NCBI GenBank assembly: GCA_028534125.1
Contig: CM052832.1
Span: 20,894,001-20,958,000, forward strand
Origin: Lama glama
Taxonomy: Eukaryota
Reading direction: 5' to 3'
DNA length: 64,000 nt
Of the stretch, positions 27,181-40,710 are shown piece by piece (positions within the stretch are counted from its first letter, which is position 1; each line of letters opens with the position of its first letter). The notes under the pieces were generated by a model. The model saw only the letters and a list, made by a program, of their open reading frames with translations. It did not search any database and was not told the DNA's origin. Made by a program: the position numbers and the translations under genes.

Positions 27181-28519
27181 TGGGCACTTACTGAAGATAG
27201 TATTTTATCTCTTTCCTCTTCCATCCTTAAAAGAGCTGAGCAGTAGAGAGGTTTTTGAAGACTGTGTTTTCGGAGAATTTATAGATTTCAGCTCTCCATG
27301 TTTTTCTGCCCCAAACTTATTATTAATAATGTAAAGTTGGCTTTATATTATCTCTTGGGTCTTTGGAGGGAAAAACAATCCAATTTTTAGAAATAAAAAT
27401 ATGAGCTGAATGTACACTGGGGCAGGGGTGGGAGGAGGTGGAGGCTAATAGGTTTATCTGTCTTTGCTCTAGAATCAAGAGGACCAAATCCCCAGAAGAA
27501 AAGTCAGTCCTATCTTCCAATCAAATAAAGTCATCTACCTTCGTAGAGGATACCAAGTGAATGTACATAAGATTTTATAAATTTTATAAATGTTGGAAAA
27601 GGACACCACCTGTTCACTGAAAACTAGTGATCTTGGTTCCACCCAGGCTTAGTTGGTAAGTTAATGTGAGTCTTTTTGAAAGAAGGGTTAGGATTCCAAA
27701 GCAGTAATATTCTTTCTTCTCCCTCAAAACAAAACAAAACAAAACAAACCCCACCAAAAATCTCCAGGTAATTGGGATTTGAAAAGAATGGTGTAGTTTT
27801 CTAAATCTTCTGGCATTGTGAACATGTGCTAATTAGCATTCACTATTAAAGCTATAAAGCAATCCCTCTGCTATTATTCAGAAGCCTTGGCTCCTTATTT
27901 TCAGATTAAAATGAAGACTAAAAGACTCAGCTTCAACCATGTCTGAATGTCTGTGGCCTGATTTCCCCACAACCAACAACCTTATCTAAACTCCCAACTT
28001 TTAAACTGCTAAAACCATGGAAACATTAATAAAGACCCTTCTTCATTAAACCTCAACTTCCCCTCCCACGTGCACTTTTGACCAATTTACTCACTTCAAA
28101 GCAAGCAACAGCATCCTGTTCAGTTACTCAGTAAGACCTCTGTATCTTCACCCAACACCTTCAATCAAAAGAAAACCAAAAGCCACATACACACACCAAA
28201 AGCCCTTCGTGATCTCCCCACTTCCAAGTCCAGTGACGCCACTTATGTAACCTCGTTTTTTTATTTTTCAGTTGCCATGGGGAAGACTGTTTGGGCAGCC
28301 CCATCTGCAGGAGAAAACTACTGGCCTTCCAAACACACACACACCATGCCATGCTACAAAGAAAAAGTCCACACCACTGAAGAATTTTTCGAAGAGTGCA
28401 AGCAAACAGCAACCAATGTGTTGCTTTGCCATGGGAACAAAAAGAGTTAAAAAGGCAACTTAATCGCCAACTATACTCCACATTTGCAGCTAAAGTGTTA
28501 ACAGCAATTAATATTCCCA

Positions 28520-28700
28520 CACAATTTCGTCAGGCACTTAGTCCGTAGTCCATGAATCACTTTTCATCAGTACATGAATATAAATTTATAATTCCAACTT
28601 TACAGATAAAAACAGAGGTTAAGAGAGGCTGAGTGATTCACACAGGGCTAATTAGCAGCGGAGTCAGGATTCAAACCCAGAGCCCACAATCCTGCCACAC
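28520..28700. mobile_element. MIR
   Basis: ccaactttacagataaaaacagaggttaagagagg...gtcaggattcaaacccag. Confidence 0.75.
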
Positions 28701-29763
28701 TGGCCACTGTTCATGGCACTTGACCACAGCCCACGTCATAACCACAGCTAGCTTCTGGCCTGGTCTACTGACACGCTGAAGGGACTCCAGCTTCTACTCC
28801 ATTCATCTGGTAAAACTGAGAAAAATACAATATACTTTTGGTACCAAAATGCACAGCTTCCCAGGCCATAGTAGTAATAATGACCCTCTTTTGTTCTTCC
28901 AGCAGAAAACAAACATGCACATGTGACATTCAAATAGTGTAGTCTTTCCCTCTTCTTAATCAGTTATAATTTTCCCAGAGTTAACTCCTTAACTGAATAC
29001 TTCTTGCACTTCTTTGTCCATAAAAATCCCACCTGCTAATATACATATAAAGCGAACATTGAGTTTTAGGAGATTCAGGAGTGCAGGCTAGTGAGAGGAG
29101 TGGCTGTTCTGTCATCTATTATATTTCTCTGGGAGAAGTAGTACTTTTACTTCGGCCTCCTCTTTAATTTAGATAATTATTTAAATTGTTATGATCTTTA
29201 CAACATGGTTCTGATTCCTAAGGGTGGAAGGTTTATAGACCTCCCAGAGCCATCTATGTTAATAGTGTAAAAAGTTTAAAATATGATTAAAAGAAATTAG
29301 GCATTGTCAGAAGCAGAGCCTAGACTGGCAACATTACTTGCTCCACCTTATAACATATCAACATATACCAGCAGCATCTGCGGAAGGGCCAGGCTCATCG
29401 CTGCCTCCCCTCCAGCCCAAAGTCCTCCCTACCCTCCTTGACTCCGCCAGTCGGTGGAGGAGTCTGGGCAGTGGACTGCGTGGAGCTCCGAGGCCTCCCC
29501 CTCTCCTCAGCACAGCATGCCAGGCAGTCACTATGCTGCCTGACAGAGTCTGGTAAGACTCTGGCTCCAGTCCCTTGGCCTCATCTGACCCTGCCCTTCT
29601 GCCGTATCACTCATCTCCTGGAAAGAAACTTATTTCCAAACCTCTTCCACATCAGCAGTAGGAAAGGAATTTCAAGTCCCTGCGTGTGAAGTGACACAGG
29701 TGGGAAAAAAAGTCCAGCCCGGCTTCCTTAGGAGGGAGATGAGCTAGAGAGGTAGGGAAATAC

Positions 29764-30040
29764 CTTCCTATACGTTTATTTTGCCAAATTCCCATCCCTT
29801 TTTTGGCCTCAGGCAAGGCGGGAGGGGAAAGCCAAAAGAGGTGGGAGGATAAGTGGAAACAGCTCCTCCTCTTCCCCTGTGCTTCCTGTCTGTAAACACA
29901 GCTTGGCCACCCTTCCCCAGCAGGCGCCTGGGGAGACTGCACAGGCTTGCCTGACCGCGGGAGCCCTGCCACCCGCACCGGGCATGCCTGGAAGGCCCTG
30001 AGAGGCTGGGCATGGAGGGAGGTCAGGGCGGGGACAGGCT
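29764..30040 (-). promoter_or_regulatory. GC-rich promoter/enhancer-like segment with a possible first-exon donor
   Basis: GGGCGGGG 30026-30033; adjacent FOX GTAAACA 29892-29898 and ETS CTTCCTGT 29882-29889; donor AAG|gtattt at 29764. Confidence 0.35.
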
Positions 30041-30641
30041 GGATCCAAGGAAGCCCTTTCCATTAACAACCAGAGCTCCTGGGGTCACTTCTGAGAGGTG
30101 AGCAGAGGGGTGTCTGGACAAAGAAATCAAAACATTTTCTTCCTTCCCATCTCTTAGCACCACACTGTGAAGCTTTCCTTAGGTGCTGCAGCCCAAAAAG
30201 GTGAGGGGGTGTGCCTGGCCGGGAAGCAGTCCCCCCGAAGGATAGGTGAGTGATTCTGCTCATGGGAATGAAAGGCCGGCCCCGGGGAGCGGTGAGGTGG
30301 TGGTACTGAAATCCCAGCTCCCAGACCCATGGCCAGAGCAAAGCCTGTAATTAATGTAAACTTGCCAGCAGCTCTCATAACACATAAGGCCAAAAGTTCA
30401 TGTCTGATGGACTGGGGCCCACACCAAACTCCAGCTCAGTGCCCTCCTGACTGAGGACGAGTTCAAAGGAATGAGAGGTACAGGTGGCAGTATGACCCAA
30501 GTCGGGCTCTTCCGGGCTCCTGTGACATTCTGAGCACTTCTCACCACCATCATTAGTGCTTTATTGATGCATCTTGCCCACTAGGCAGGGTGGAGGGCTG
30601 ACCTTTTCTGGACTTTGTGTCCTTGGCTGAATATGCTAGGT

Positions 30642-31190
30642 CTGCATAGTCTAATAGGATGGCCACCAGAACCACATGACTCTTGAGCACTTGAAATGTG
30701 GCCAATCCAAACTGAGAAGTGCTGCAAGTTTTAAATGCACAGCAGATTACAAAGACTTAGTATGAAAAACAAAGCAGAGTATCTCATTTTCTTAATATTC
30801 ATTGCATACTGAAACGGTAATAGTTCGGGTCTACCGGGTTAANNNNNNNNNNNNNNNNNNNNNNNNNNNNNNNNNNNNNNNNNNNNNNNNNNNNNNNNNN
30901 NNNNNNNNNNNNNNNNNNNNNNNNNNNNNNNNNNNNNNNNNNNNNNNNNNNNNNNNNNNNNNNNNNNNNNNNNNNNNNNNNNNNNNNNNNNNNNNNNNNN
31001 NNNNNNNNNNNNNNNNNNNNNNNNNNNNNNNNNNNNNNNNNNNNNNNNNNNNNNNNNNNNNNNNNNNNNNNNNNNNNNNNNNNNNNNGTTTTCTCCAGTT
31101 TCTTAAGCATGAGTACTAGAAAACTTTAAATCACATTAAAATTTTATACTTAAGTAACCATATTGGCATTATATTTCTACTGGACAGCAT
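30642..31190. mobile_element. MER33-like hAT-Charlie element spanning an N gap
   Basis: ttgagcacttgaaatgtggccaatccaaactgag...aaagacttagtatgaaaaa; end cattatatttctactggacagc. Confidence 0.8.
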
Positions 31191-31654
31191 GGTTCTGGGT
31201 ATCCCATTGATTCTGTTGAATGAAAGAAAGAATGCTGACTTAAGAGCAGCATTAGTATTTTTATATCAACATAGAAGCAGTCAATAGAAATGGTTAAAAA
31301 AGAGTGAGGCACAGTCGTTTTTTGAAATAACTTTTGTATCTGGAACTACATTTCACTCTGAGTCACTTGCTGTGAGAAAATGCTTACTCATCACCCAGGA
31401 CTCCAGAAGGATGAGAGGGCGACAGACTGTCGGCCAGGCCACACCACCAAGGCCAAACGACCTTCAGTCCTATGACGGAGACTTAGCAGAGCAAGAGACC
31501 AAGCACACGCTCTGAGAAACTGCCAGACAGACACGAAACAGCTCTTCTGGGAACCCCACAGTTTTCTAAGCTTCTCCTCATCCTAAACATAATGGTTCTC
31601 TCAGTCCAATTATTTGCCTCTAAGATATTCTGTAATTCTGTTTTAAGAAAATTC

Positions 31655-32375
31655 ATTGCAAATCAAAAGCACTATGAGTTATTACCTCACACACAGGATG
31701 GCCACTGTAAAAGAAAAATAATAAAATAGAAAGTGTTGGTAAGGGTATGAAGAAACTGGAAACTTTGTGCAGTTAGTTGGACTGTAAAACAGTGCAGCCA
31801 CTATGGAAAACTGCATGGGAGTTCCTCAAGAAAAATGAAAGATCCAGCAATTCCATTTCCAGGTATGAATTCAAAAGAACTGACAGCAGGATCTCAAACA
31901 GCTACTTGCAAAGCCATGTTCACTGCACCATTAATTACAACAGCCCAGAGGTGGAGGCAACCCAAATGTCCATCAACAGATGAATGGATAAACAAAATGT
32001 GGTTTAAACATACACTGGAAAATTATTCAACCTTAAAGAAAAAAATGCCATATGCTACAAACTGGGTGAATTTGGAGGACATTGTGTTAAGGGAAATAAG
32101 CCAGTCACAGAAGGACAAACACTGTATGATTCCACTTACATGAGACATCTAAAGTAATCAAACTCATAGAAACAAAAAAGCACAACAGTGAATGCCAGAA
32201 GCCGAGGGAAGCTGAGAAAGCTGAGTTGTTGTTCAGTGGGCACAGGGTTCCAGTTTTGCAAGATGAAAATGTTTAGAAATCTAACGCACAGCAATGTAAA
32301 TATATTTAACTGAACTGTACACTTAAAAATGGTTAAGATGGTAATTTAAGGTTGTTCTTTTTTTTACCACCACAA
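31655..32375 (+). mobile_element. L1M (MA/MB-type) 3' fragment
   Basis: ORF2 remnant KAMFTAPLITTAQRWRQPKCPSTDEWINKMW; 3' UTR ctgaactgtacacttaaaaatggttaagatgg. Confidence 0.93.
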
Positions 32376-32509
32376 AGAAGAAAGCATGCCTAGCATGATC
32401 AGTTTTACTGCTACCAAAGAGTCCACAATGGAGACCATAACCCAGCATAACATCTCAGCAACCTTTACAATAATAAAAGAAGAAAATGTGCTCAGATATT
32501 GGTAAACCA

Positions 32510-32982
32510 ATTATTATAGTAGTAGTATTCACAACAGGCAAAAGGTGGAAACAAACCAAATGTCCACTGACAAGTGAATCAACAATATGTGGCATATACA
32601 TACAAAGGAATATTACTTGAAAAATGAAATTCTAACATGCTAGAACCTGAATGAACACTGAAGACATGATGCTAAGTGAAATAAGCCAGCCACTAAAGGG
32701 CAAATACTGCCAGATTCCACTAATATGAAGTATGTAGTGTAGTCAAGTTCACAGAGACAGAAAGCAGAATGGTGGTTGTCCAGGCAGAGGGGAGGAGGAA
32801 TAGGGAATTATTGCTTTATAGGTAAGAGTCTCAATTTGGGAAGAAGAAAAAGTTCTGGAGATGGATGATGATGATGGCTACCGAACAAAACCAAAGAACT
32901 TAATGCCACTGAATTACAGACTTTTTAAATGGTTAAAATTATATATTCGATGTTCAGTATATTTTACCATAACTGAAAAAGA
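32510..32982 (+). mobile_element. Second L1MB-type 3' fragment
   Basis: ggtggaaacaaaccaaatgtccact; aaaagttctggagatggat; cttaatgccactgaatt. Confidence 0.9.
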
Positions 32983-34564
32983 AAATATGACGAGAGGAAA
33001 GGTAAGGAGGTGAGAAGCCGGATGGGGCAGGAAGATTAGAATGACCGTTGCATCGTCCGAGTAGGAATTCACACGTCTACCCATGACTGCCTTCAAGTGC
33101 TGATTGAGCATCACTGCTTCTGAACCAGATGGTCTCTATGACAGCACTCTGTCTTCCAAGAAATGTACTTCCTTTTCATTCTGCTGCTTCAACTGGCAAT
33201 CAGATTCAAACATCAGACCAAGGGCACACAAACAAGCGAGAGAAAGAAAGGGAGAGTGGATGCACATGCTCTCTTTTGGGTAAGAATGATCTATTTCTTT
33301 AAACCCACTGTTCCTATTCTTGGACCCCATCTGTCCTCACCTCTGTCAAAGTCAGCAACAACAAAAATTACCCATACTTGATGGTAAATATACTTTCAGA
33401 TGCCATAAGTGATACCTAAAATGATCTAGCAAGGTAGTAACAGTAGACATTACGCAGCAGGCATGGCCCGAAGTACTTTAAAAGTTTTAATATTTTCGAC
33501 AGCAACTTTACACTATTAAGGCTATTTCACAGACGAGGGAAACTGAGATTAACAAAATCATCTGTCGGAGAGCACAGGGAAGATGAGATTTTTTTTTCAC
33601 TCAGGTCTGGTTGCTCCAAACTAGGGCTCCTGATTGCTGGCGGTGAGGGCACACTTCAAACACAGAGGCCATCCAAATCGGAGGAATATTAATAAACCAG
33701 AGGAAAGAGAAAAGTCAGGAGGGGTAAAAATCTAAGCAGGCACTGGCTAGCTAACTCCACTGCCAAGACGTGAGTGGTACCCAACTACACTGCACACAAG
33801 GTTGGAAACTTAATATTTTATGAGGGCTGGTTACCATGTTAATTTGAAGGTTTTTTTTTTTAATTTCTGAAACTCGGCCTCAAACTTAATAATCTGCTCT
33901 CCTACAGTGTCCTTTTCTCTAAGTTACATATGTAAGCAGAGGGAAACATCAGAGGGAAAACAAAAAGACTGCAGCAAGTGTGTAGACGCTTAATGATCAA
34001 TAACGTCCTCAGTTATTCATGCTTTCTAAAACATAACACCGTACATAAAAGTCAAGTCATGTTTAAGCAGCATCAGAGGACTTGATTAATACACAGCTGC
34101 CACTGATGGTTTGCCTAAACCCAGGTTACAATAGGAGCGTGTTCATCACAAAGCTCCGATTGGACCATTTGCTGAAAATGGGACAAAAACTCACTAAAGA
34201 GCAACAGCTCCCTAAATCCCTTCTCCTCACTTCCGCTCCCCCCAGAAACCCAGAATACCACTTTTAGACGCATCAGAGGATCAAAGCCTTTCCTGCTATG
34301 AGAAGCTTAAAACTACACAGACTTCTCCATTTGTTCTTCTCCTCCCTTTACAGGTATTATTTTTCTGAAACTCCCAAACTTCTGCCCCTGACAACAAAGC
34401 TTTCTCACACAAGGCACTTCCACCGCCCCCCACCCCCATCTCTCTGTATCCATTTTTAAGCGTCTGGAAAACACCAGAAGGGGAAACAAAGGGCAAATGC
34501 CAGTCTGTGACCTCTGTCTGGACTCAGCCAAGCATGATGTGTGAATCAGGTGTGTGGAATGGAA

Positions 34565-34578
34565 GTTTCCATAGCAAC
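34565..34578. promoter_or_regulatory. RFX X-box
   Basis: GTTTCCATAGCAAC matches the RFX consensus GTTKCCATRGCAAC. Confidence 0.6.
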
Positions 34579-35530
34579 GAGACGGCCAGGCGGGCAGGGG
34601 AGTCACACACTCTTTCTACGAAGGTAATAGAAACAGTGAGGCCATCAGTGGGCCCTTGAAGGGAAATGCAGCAAGCCCAGAGCTCTCCAGGGACTGTATG
34701 GACCTAAGTCCTCGGTGGCTCCTTCCCCTGCACCCTGCCCCGGGTGCCTTCCCACCAATAACTTGGGATACTCTACCAGCTCTCTTTTTGGGAAGAAAGA
34801 AGGGAAAATCAAGTATTATCTCAAGGGAGTTGCTCATGAGAAAAACGCAGAACGGACTACAAGAGAAAAAAGGCTTCTTCGCTTTCCTTTGCAGTGTGCT
34901 CTTAGTGTGAGCCCAGTCCACAGTGAAAAGTTCTGGACCCACACTTTGTATTTTACAGATTTTTAAGTTACATTTGCTATAGATACTTGAACAATCTTCT
35001 AAATTTTTAGGAAAATATGTTCATTTTTAAAACAGCTTGTGTTTTAGACCCACATCTTGGAAGCAAAAAAGTATACAATTTTAATGGCATCAAAGTTGTG
35101 CTTAGTTATCAAGCTGGGAAAAGGCAGTCTGAATGCCAGCTCTATGTGGACACTACGGCTTTTTAGGCCATTTCCCTCACTTGAGGCTCACATATGTTAA
35201 CAAGAACTGGAACAAGGCCCGTGCATTTGGATCCAAATCATGTAAGACCACAGACTCCACTCTTGGTCTCGTTTAATGATAGCTGTGCTCTGGAAGAGGC
35301 CGTTCAGTTCCGCCAGGTTGCTACTCCGAAGGCCAAAGAGAATCACGGTGTGACCTCTGCTGAGGGCTATCCTCTAGCAGGGGGTCCTTCTACGCCACAG
35401 ACGGGATCATGTCATTCAGTCTCCAGACCCTTCAGTACCTCCTTACTATGTTCTGAGAAAAGATACAAAATGGTGTATGAACAGTGCGAAACGAGCACTG
35501 TGGAGAAATGAAGGACAGAGCACTGCACGC

Positions 35531-35628
35531 TGACGTCATCCCGGGGAGACTGCTCTGTCTTAGAAGATTAAAGAAGGGCCTGGGCTGCCACGTCAAGTGA
35601 TGGAAACCAGCGCAGAGAGGAAGTGAAA
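35531..35628. promoter_or_regulatory. Enhancer-like motif cluster: CRE, UPRE-like site, Ets-IRF composite
   Basis: TGACGTCA 35531-35538; CCACGTCA 35588-35595; GAGGAAGTGAAA 35617-35628. Confidence 0.55.
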
Positions 35629-35959
35629 TCTGCAAGGTACACGGATACACGGGGGGGGGGGGGAGTAATAACGCTTGGTTGGGATAGTGGTAAGGCACGA
35701 ATTTGGGAAAGCAGGCTGAGTAAGTGCGATAACAGATTACGTAGAAAAGGAAAGAAAAATGTGAAGGGAATTTAGGTAGAAAGAGAAGAGAAAGAAGGAT
35801 CAAAACTAAAGGAAAAAAAACAAAGAAATAAAAGTGATGTTACAAAGCACTTATCACCAGATAAAACTTAAATTTTAGATGCCTGGATGTGAATTAAATG
35901 TAACAAGTAAAGATTTTTCCTGATAGATTAGGGAAGTGTTAAATTAAAAAAACAAACAG

Positions 35960-36500
35960 GGAGGTCAGTATTGGCTGAAGGGCAGCAAGGTGGGCAATCT
36001 GAAATGTTATGGTTGGGAGGAGGATACAACTTCCTTGGGAAGCAGTTTAGCAATGCGGGCAGGGGTCCTTTAATAGACACAGTAGTTCCCATACAGAATG
36101 CTAACTTGGTAAGTAATCAGGAATACGGAAAAAACCACTCATGCCCAAAGATGCTCTTTATAGCACAGCTTACCTAACAAAATAAACCACCACCAACACA
36201 ATTAGTACAGCAGAAAACCCAGAGGGAGCTTGTGAAATACACTGTGATACAGTCACATTAAGAAATGCAACTCAATCATTAAATACCATGATAATTTTGT
36301 TGTTACAGGAAGAAAGTCAGAATTCAAAATGTGTGTGACCCTACCTATATAAAAATGCATATAAGACATAAGCACATAGAAATCAGTACTAAAAGGCAAT
36401 ACACTCAAATTCTCTCCAGGTTATATAATTATGGGTTACTTTTATTTTTTGGAGGTATGTCTATATTTTCCAAATTTTCTACATTAAGCATAGATCACTA
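35960..36500 (+). mobile_element. Highly degenerate L1ME-type 3' fragment
   Basis: atacaacttccttgggaagcagtttagcaat; ccaaagatgctctttatagca; ttttccaaattttctacattaagcat. Confidence 0.55.
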
Positions 36501-38369
36501 TATAATTCAAAATTATATCTGGATACTGAAAGACAAAACATTTTCATTGCTAACAACATTTAGAGAGAGCTGTTCATGCCAGGTGAAAATAGTTCCCCCT
36601 CTGAGCTGCCTAGTGACAGAGCCTTAATCCTTCTAAACCCGTAACTATCGATGACTCTAAGGGTGACGTGCAGGGCTGCTCCCCTCACGTTCTGCTGTGC
36701 ACGAGAAATGACTTACACAAGTTATTGCATCATTGCTTTTCCCTAAGGAAGTATTTATACAAGTAAATGTCAACTTTATTTTGGATCTTGATTTTTGAAA
36801 GCCTAAACCCCAAGGAATATCCTAACCCTTCTCTTTCTTTTGTTCTTCCCCGCATCCCGCCATCTCCTCTCTCCCAACATCCCTCTTTCTCTTTCACAAT
36901 GTAGAGGCGGGCCTCTTAAATGCTGCCCTCAGACCAGCATAGTAGCACTGTCTCTGATTTCTTCAGTTCTTCAGATAATGTTTAGAGTAGCACCCTCCAC
37001 ACAAAAACAACTTAGAAGTTTCAAAAATGCAACTCAATTTCCGTTGTAGTTTAAGGATATTTACAAGCACCACAGAAAACAACTGCCTGTGCAGTATCAC
37101 AAAAAAAAAAAAAAAAAACAAAGAAAGAAAAGAAAAAATTACCCAGTACATCAGAAGCCAACATGATACTCATTTAAAACGATATGAGAAGCACTGCCCT
37201 CTCAGAGCAAACCTTCAGTCCGTGCTGGGGCAGGAAGCAGAAGCCAGCAACAGCCCACCGCTGGAGAGGGGGCTAAAGTGGTGGTAACTCTAAATCAAAG
37301 AGGGGAGCTTGAAATTTNNNNNNNNNNNNNNNNNNNNNNNNNNNNNNNNNNNNNNNNNNNNNNNNNNNNNNNNNNNNNNNNNNNNNNNNNNNNNNNNNNN
37401 NNNNNNNNNNNNNNNNNNNNNNNNNNNNNNNNNNNNNNNNNNNNNNNNNNNNNNNNNNNNNNNNNTTTCAGTTTTGAAAACAAAAATAAACCACACACAT
37501 CCACATTCTATTAATAGCGTTGTCTTGCCTTAAAGACCTTGCATCCTTACCCCATTGTACTTTACATAAACTTTAACATTACTGAAAACTTCCATCCTAA
37601 ATAAACTGGACTTAGGAAGGAATGGGGCAAAAGTAATCAAATCCCTCCCTTATTTTCCTTACTGGAGACCAAATGTTATGTTCCTCATCGTCACACCTGA
37701 AGACTTTGTAAGTATGTTCTACATCTTCAGCGCCATTTCTTAAAGAGTGCAAAGAAGGAAAGTTGGTGTCAAATACACAAGTTCAAGCCAACTCTACAAC
37801 ATTTGGAGACCTGGGGTAGCAGAACACAGCTTGGATCCGAAAATCCTGGCAGAAATTGTCCGACGAAACAAAGGACAGGTCAAAGGCCCCAAAATCCAGA
37901 CTATAAACTCTTGATCCCGTCACCATGAAAAGGAAAAACGCTGTCTCATGGCATTTTAAGTTTAGAGACAGGAAGCAGCCATTAAATGTGGTGCTTTCCT
38001 TCTTCAACTCAAATACCCACAAGCTGCTGCCTGTGTGCTCAGGGGGAGTGTAACACGCAGCATAGGACACAGAAGCCGCCCACAAGACACTCCCATGTTT
38101 GAGGGAAGAAAACACATTAAAACAATGGGAAACAACAAATGATCATTTACTCTACCCTGAAAAACTGACCATGTAATTAAAATGTCAGTTCAATTCCAGT
38201 CTTTTTGGACCGCCTTAAATACTCACACTGAGGCAAACCCTACAGCGTCTCTACAAGGGCAAGCACAAGGGAAAACCAGAGCGATGCAGGGACCACCCCT
38301 GATCAGGTGAGGAAGGAAGAGGACGGACTCAGGACACCAACTCAAATGCAACCAAAATGAAAAGAAAGT

Positions 38370-38700
38370 ACAGTGGGTGGTGAGATGAAAAGATCACCTC
38401 TTTAGAGCCAGCAGATCCAAGTTCTAATCCTAACCCAGCCACTTACACACACCGGGCAGTTTGCTGACCTGTGCTCCTATCCCATTATTTAACATTTACC
38501 TACTACACTATGGCAGATGCTCTTCGAAGCACTTTACAGCTTTTATTTATCCCAAACAGAGGAGGCTGGTTTCATCATGATCCCCACTTCACAAACGGGG
38601 AAACTGAGGCACCAGGTGGTCACGGACTTTGAAGGTAGCGAAGTTAGGATTCAAAGCAGGGCAATCTGGCTCCAACATCTGACCTCTACACTGTCTCATT
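38370..38700. mobile_element. Two adjacent MIR fragments in opposite orientation
   Basis: agagccagcagatccaagttctaatcc; ccccacttcacaaacggggaaactgaggc. Confidence 0.7.
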
Positions 38701-40059
38701 ATGAACTACTTACTTTTCAAAGCCGTGGTCCAGACATACTGGCATGGATGTCCAGTACCCAGGGCAGTGCCTGACTTAGCAGAGGCTGAATCATCTCCCT
38801 CCTCCCACTTCTCCCTGACTCTCTCTCCCCACACTGTGGGAGGCCGCAGGCAAGATTCTGCACACAGATAAAGGCAGCTACATCAACTTGCAGAGGCTTG
38901 GGGGCTCCAAGGGCAAGCTAGGAAACAACCCTCTGTCTCTACCCCCTGAGGCCTGGAACAAGAGCTCCAGCTCAAGCAGAGACACCCCGTACTTCCAGAC
39001 AGAGCCTGCCTCTGTCTGTTACCATCTGCATTCAAGGCACAAGCACTGGAGACAAGTCTTAGGGAAAGTGAAAGGCTTCTGATTTTTGACATATCCATAT
39101 ACAGCTCCTAGCACAAACACAAATACCACATCACACACGTGACATCAAACAGTTACACTGTACCTACCACGGAGGGGAAATGATCTACTTTCCAGAACTT
39201 TCCATTGCCTAGAAAATGGCAGAGTGTCTGTATCAGGCTGCAACTTGCTTTAAGAGAGTCCAGACACCGACACTGAGCTAAAGGACAGAGTTCTATTTGA
39301 AAATTACTTAAGAACAAATTAGGCCCAGGGACCTTGATGAGCTGTGTTGTAAAACCTGAGAAAATTGTGTTTTCTGGCCCTTTGGCAGTATTTTCATGAA
39401 CTGGTAACAATAAAATAGAGGACAGACACTATTTTTTGAATCTTGGTCTCAGTCTAAATTATCACTGAGAAAGGTGAACATGTTATCAGTTAAATGGCTT
39501 ATATAATTGGGCAAGTCATGATCTAATACGTTCGAAAAGTCCCAAGTGCAGAGCCAGTACCTGTTACTAATATAAGAAGTTTATAAATGCTACCACCAGG
39601 TAGGAATGCTGTCTACACACTCTTTCAATTTTTCTTCAATTCATAAAAATTATTTTATTGCACTAAAAAATACCACTACAGTGAAGGACTGAAGCTGTTG
39701 TTTTGACCCGGAGAATGAGCTAACATAGTTTAAAAGTAATTAAGTAGGAAAGCTGACTTTCTCCGTTTTTGGTCTCCGTGGCTCCCGGGTTCCTTGGCGC
39801 CTGCCAAACCTTGCGAAATGACAGTGCTCGTCACCACGTGGTTTCTAAAACCATAAGCTTCTCCTGTGAGTAAGCTTGATTTTCTGCTTTAGAAAATCAC
39901 CTGCCAGTGGCTCTCACAGCAGACTGCTAAGAAAGACGCCCCAAAAAGCCCAGGTGCATGCACCAGGGATCCAGATTTCCGTTCCTTTCCATTACAGGTC
40001 GGCACAAGTGAGAGCAGACAGTGAAGAAACTGCCTTCCTAAAATGTTCACTAGCAGTCT

Positions 40060-40325
40060 TCTCGTTACCAGTGGAAAGGGGGTGGGAAGGGATCAATTTG
40101 GGAGTCAGAGATTTGCAAATATTAGCCACTATATATAAGAATAGAATTTTAAAGAAAACAAGTTTCTTCTGTATAGCACAGAGAACTATATTCAGTATCT
40201 TGCAATGACCTTCCAAGAAAAAGAACATGAAGACGAATACATGTATGCATATGCATGACTGGGACAATGTGCTGTGCACCAGAAATTGACACATTGTAAC
40301 TGACTGTACTTCAATAAGTAAATAA
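40060..40325 (+). mobile_element. 5'-truncated camelid-type L1 3' end
   Basis: Same 3' UTR family as 19636-20430; AAAATGTTCA occurs on both flanks (probable TSD). Confidence 0.9.
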
Positions 40326-40677
40326 AATGTTCATGAGAAATGGCCATTTTCTATCGGGGAAACAAAAATAGCACCCTTCAACATGCATCTGCACAAACCC
40401 CCGGTGTGCAGTATGCCTCTGTCCTCACATGCCCACCACACTGATGCTTGTGGTTCAGCCCAGAACGCTGGAAGGGGGAGACAGGAACAGAGACACTAAC
40501 AGCAATGAAAGAGGAGGACAACAGGAAATTTTTCAGACGTTTATGAACCTGTGTGAACAGTTCCTTCTACTTACTATTTAAGTTCTTACCCTCCCCCAGC
40601 AGGGAGATTTGTTATCTCCTTAGTAACTTCAAAAGCCATTAAATGGGGATGAAGAGGGGAGTGAGGCAGGCACGGTG

Positions 40678-40710
40678 TTTGTGTGTGTGTGTCTGTGTGT
40701 CTGTGTGTGT
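40678..40710. repeat. Imperfect (TG)n
   Basis: Seen directly. Confidence 0.9.

Noticed and set aside
31835-32143. 102-aa ORF
   Set aside because: L1 ORF2 C-terminal remnant.
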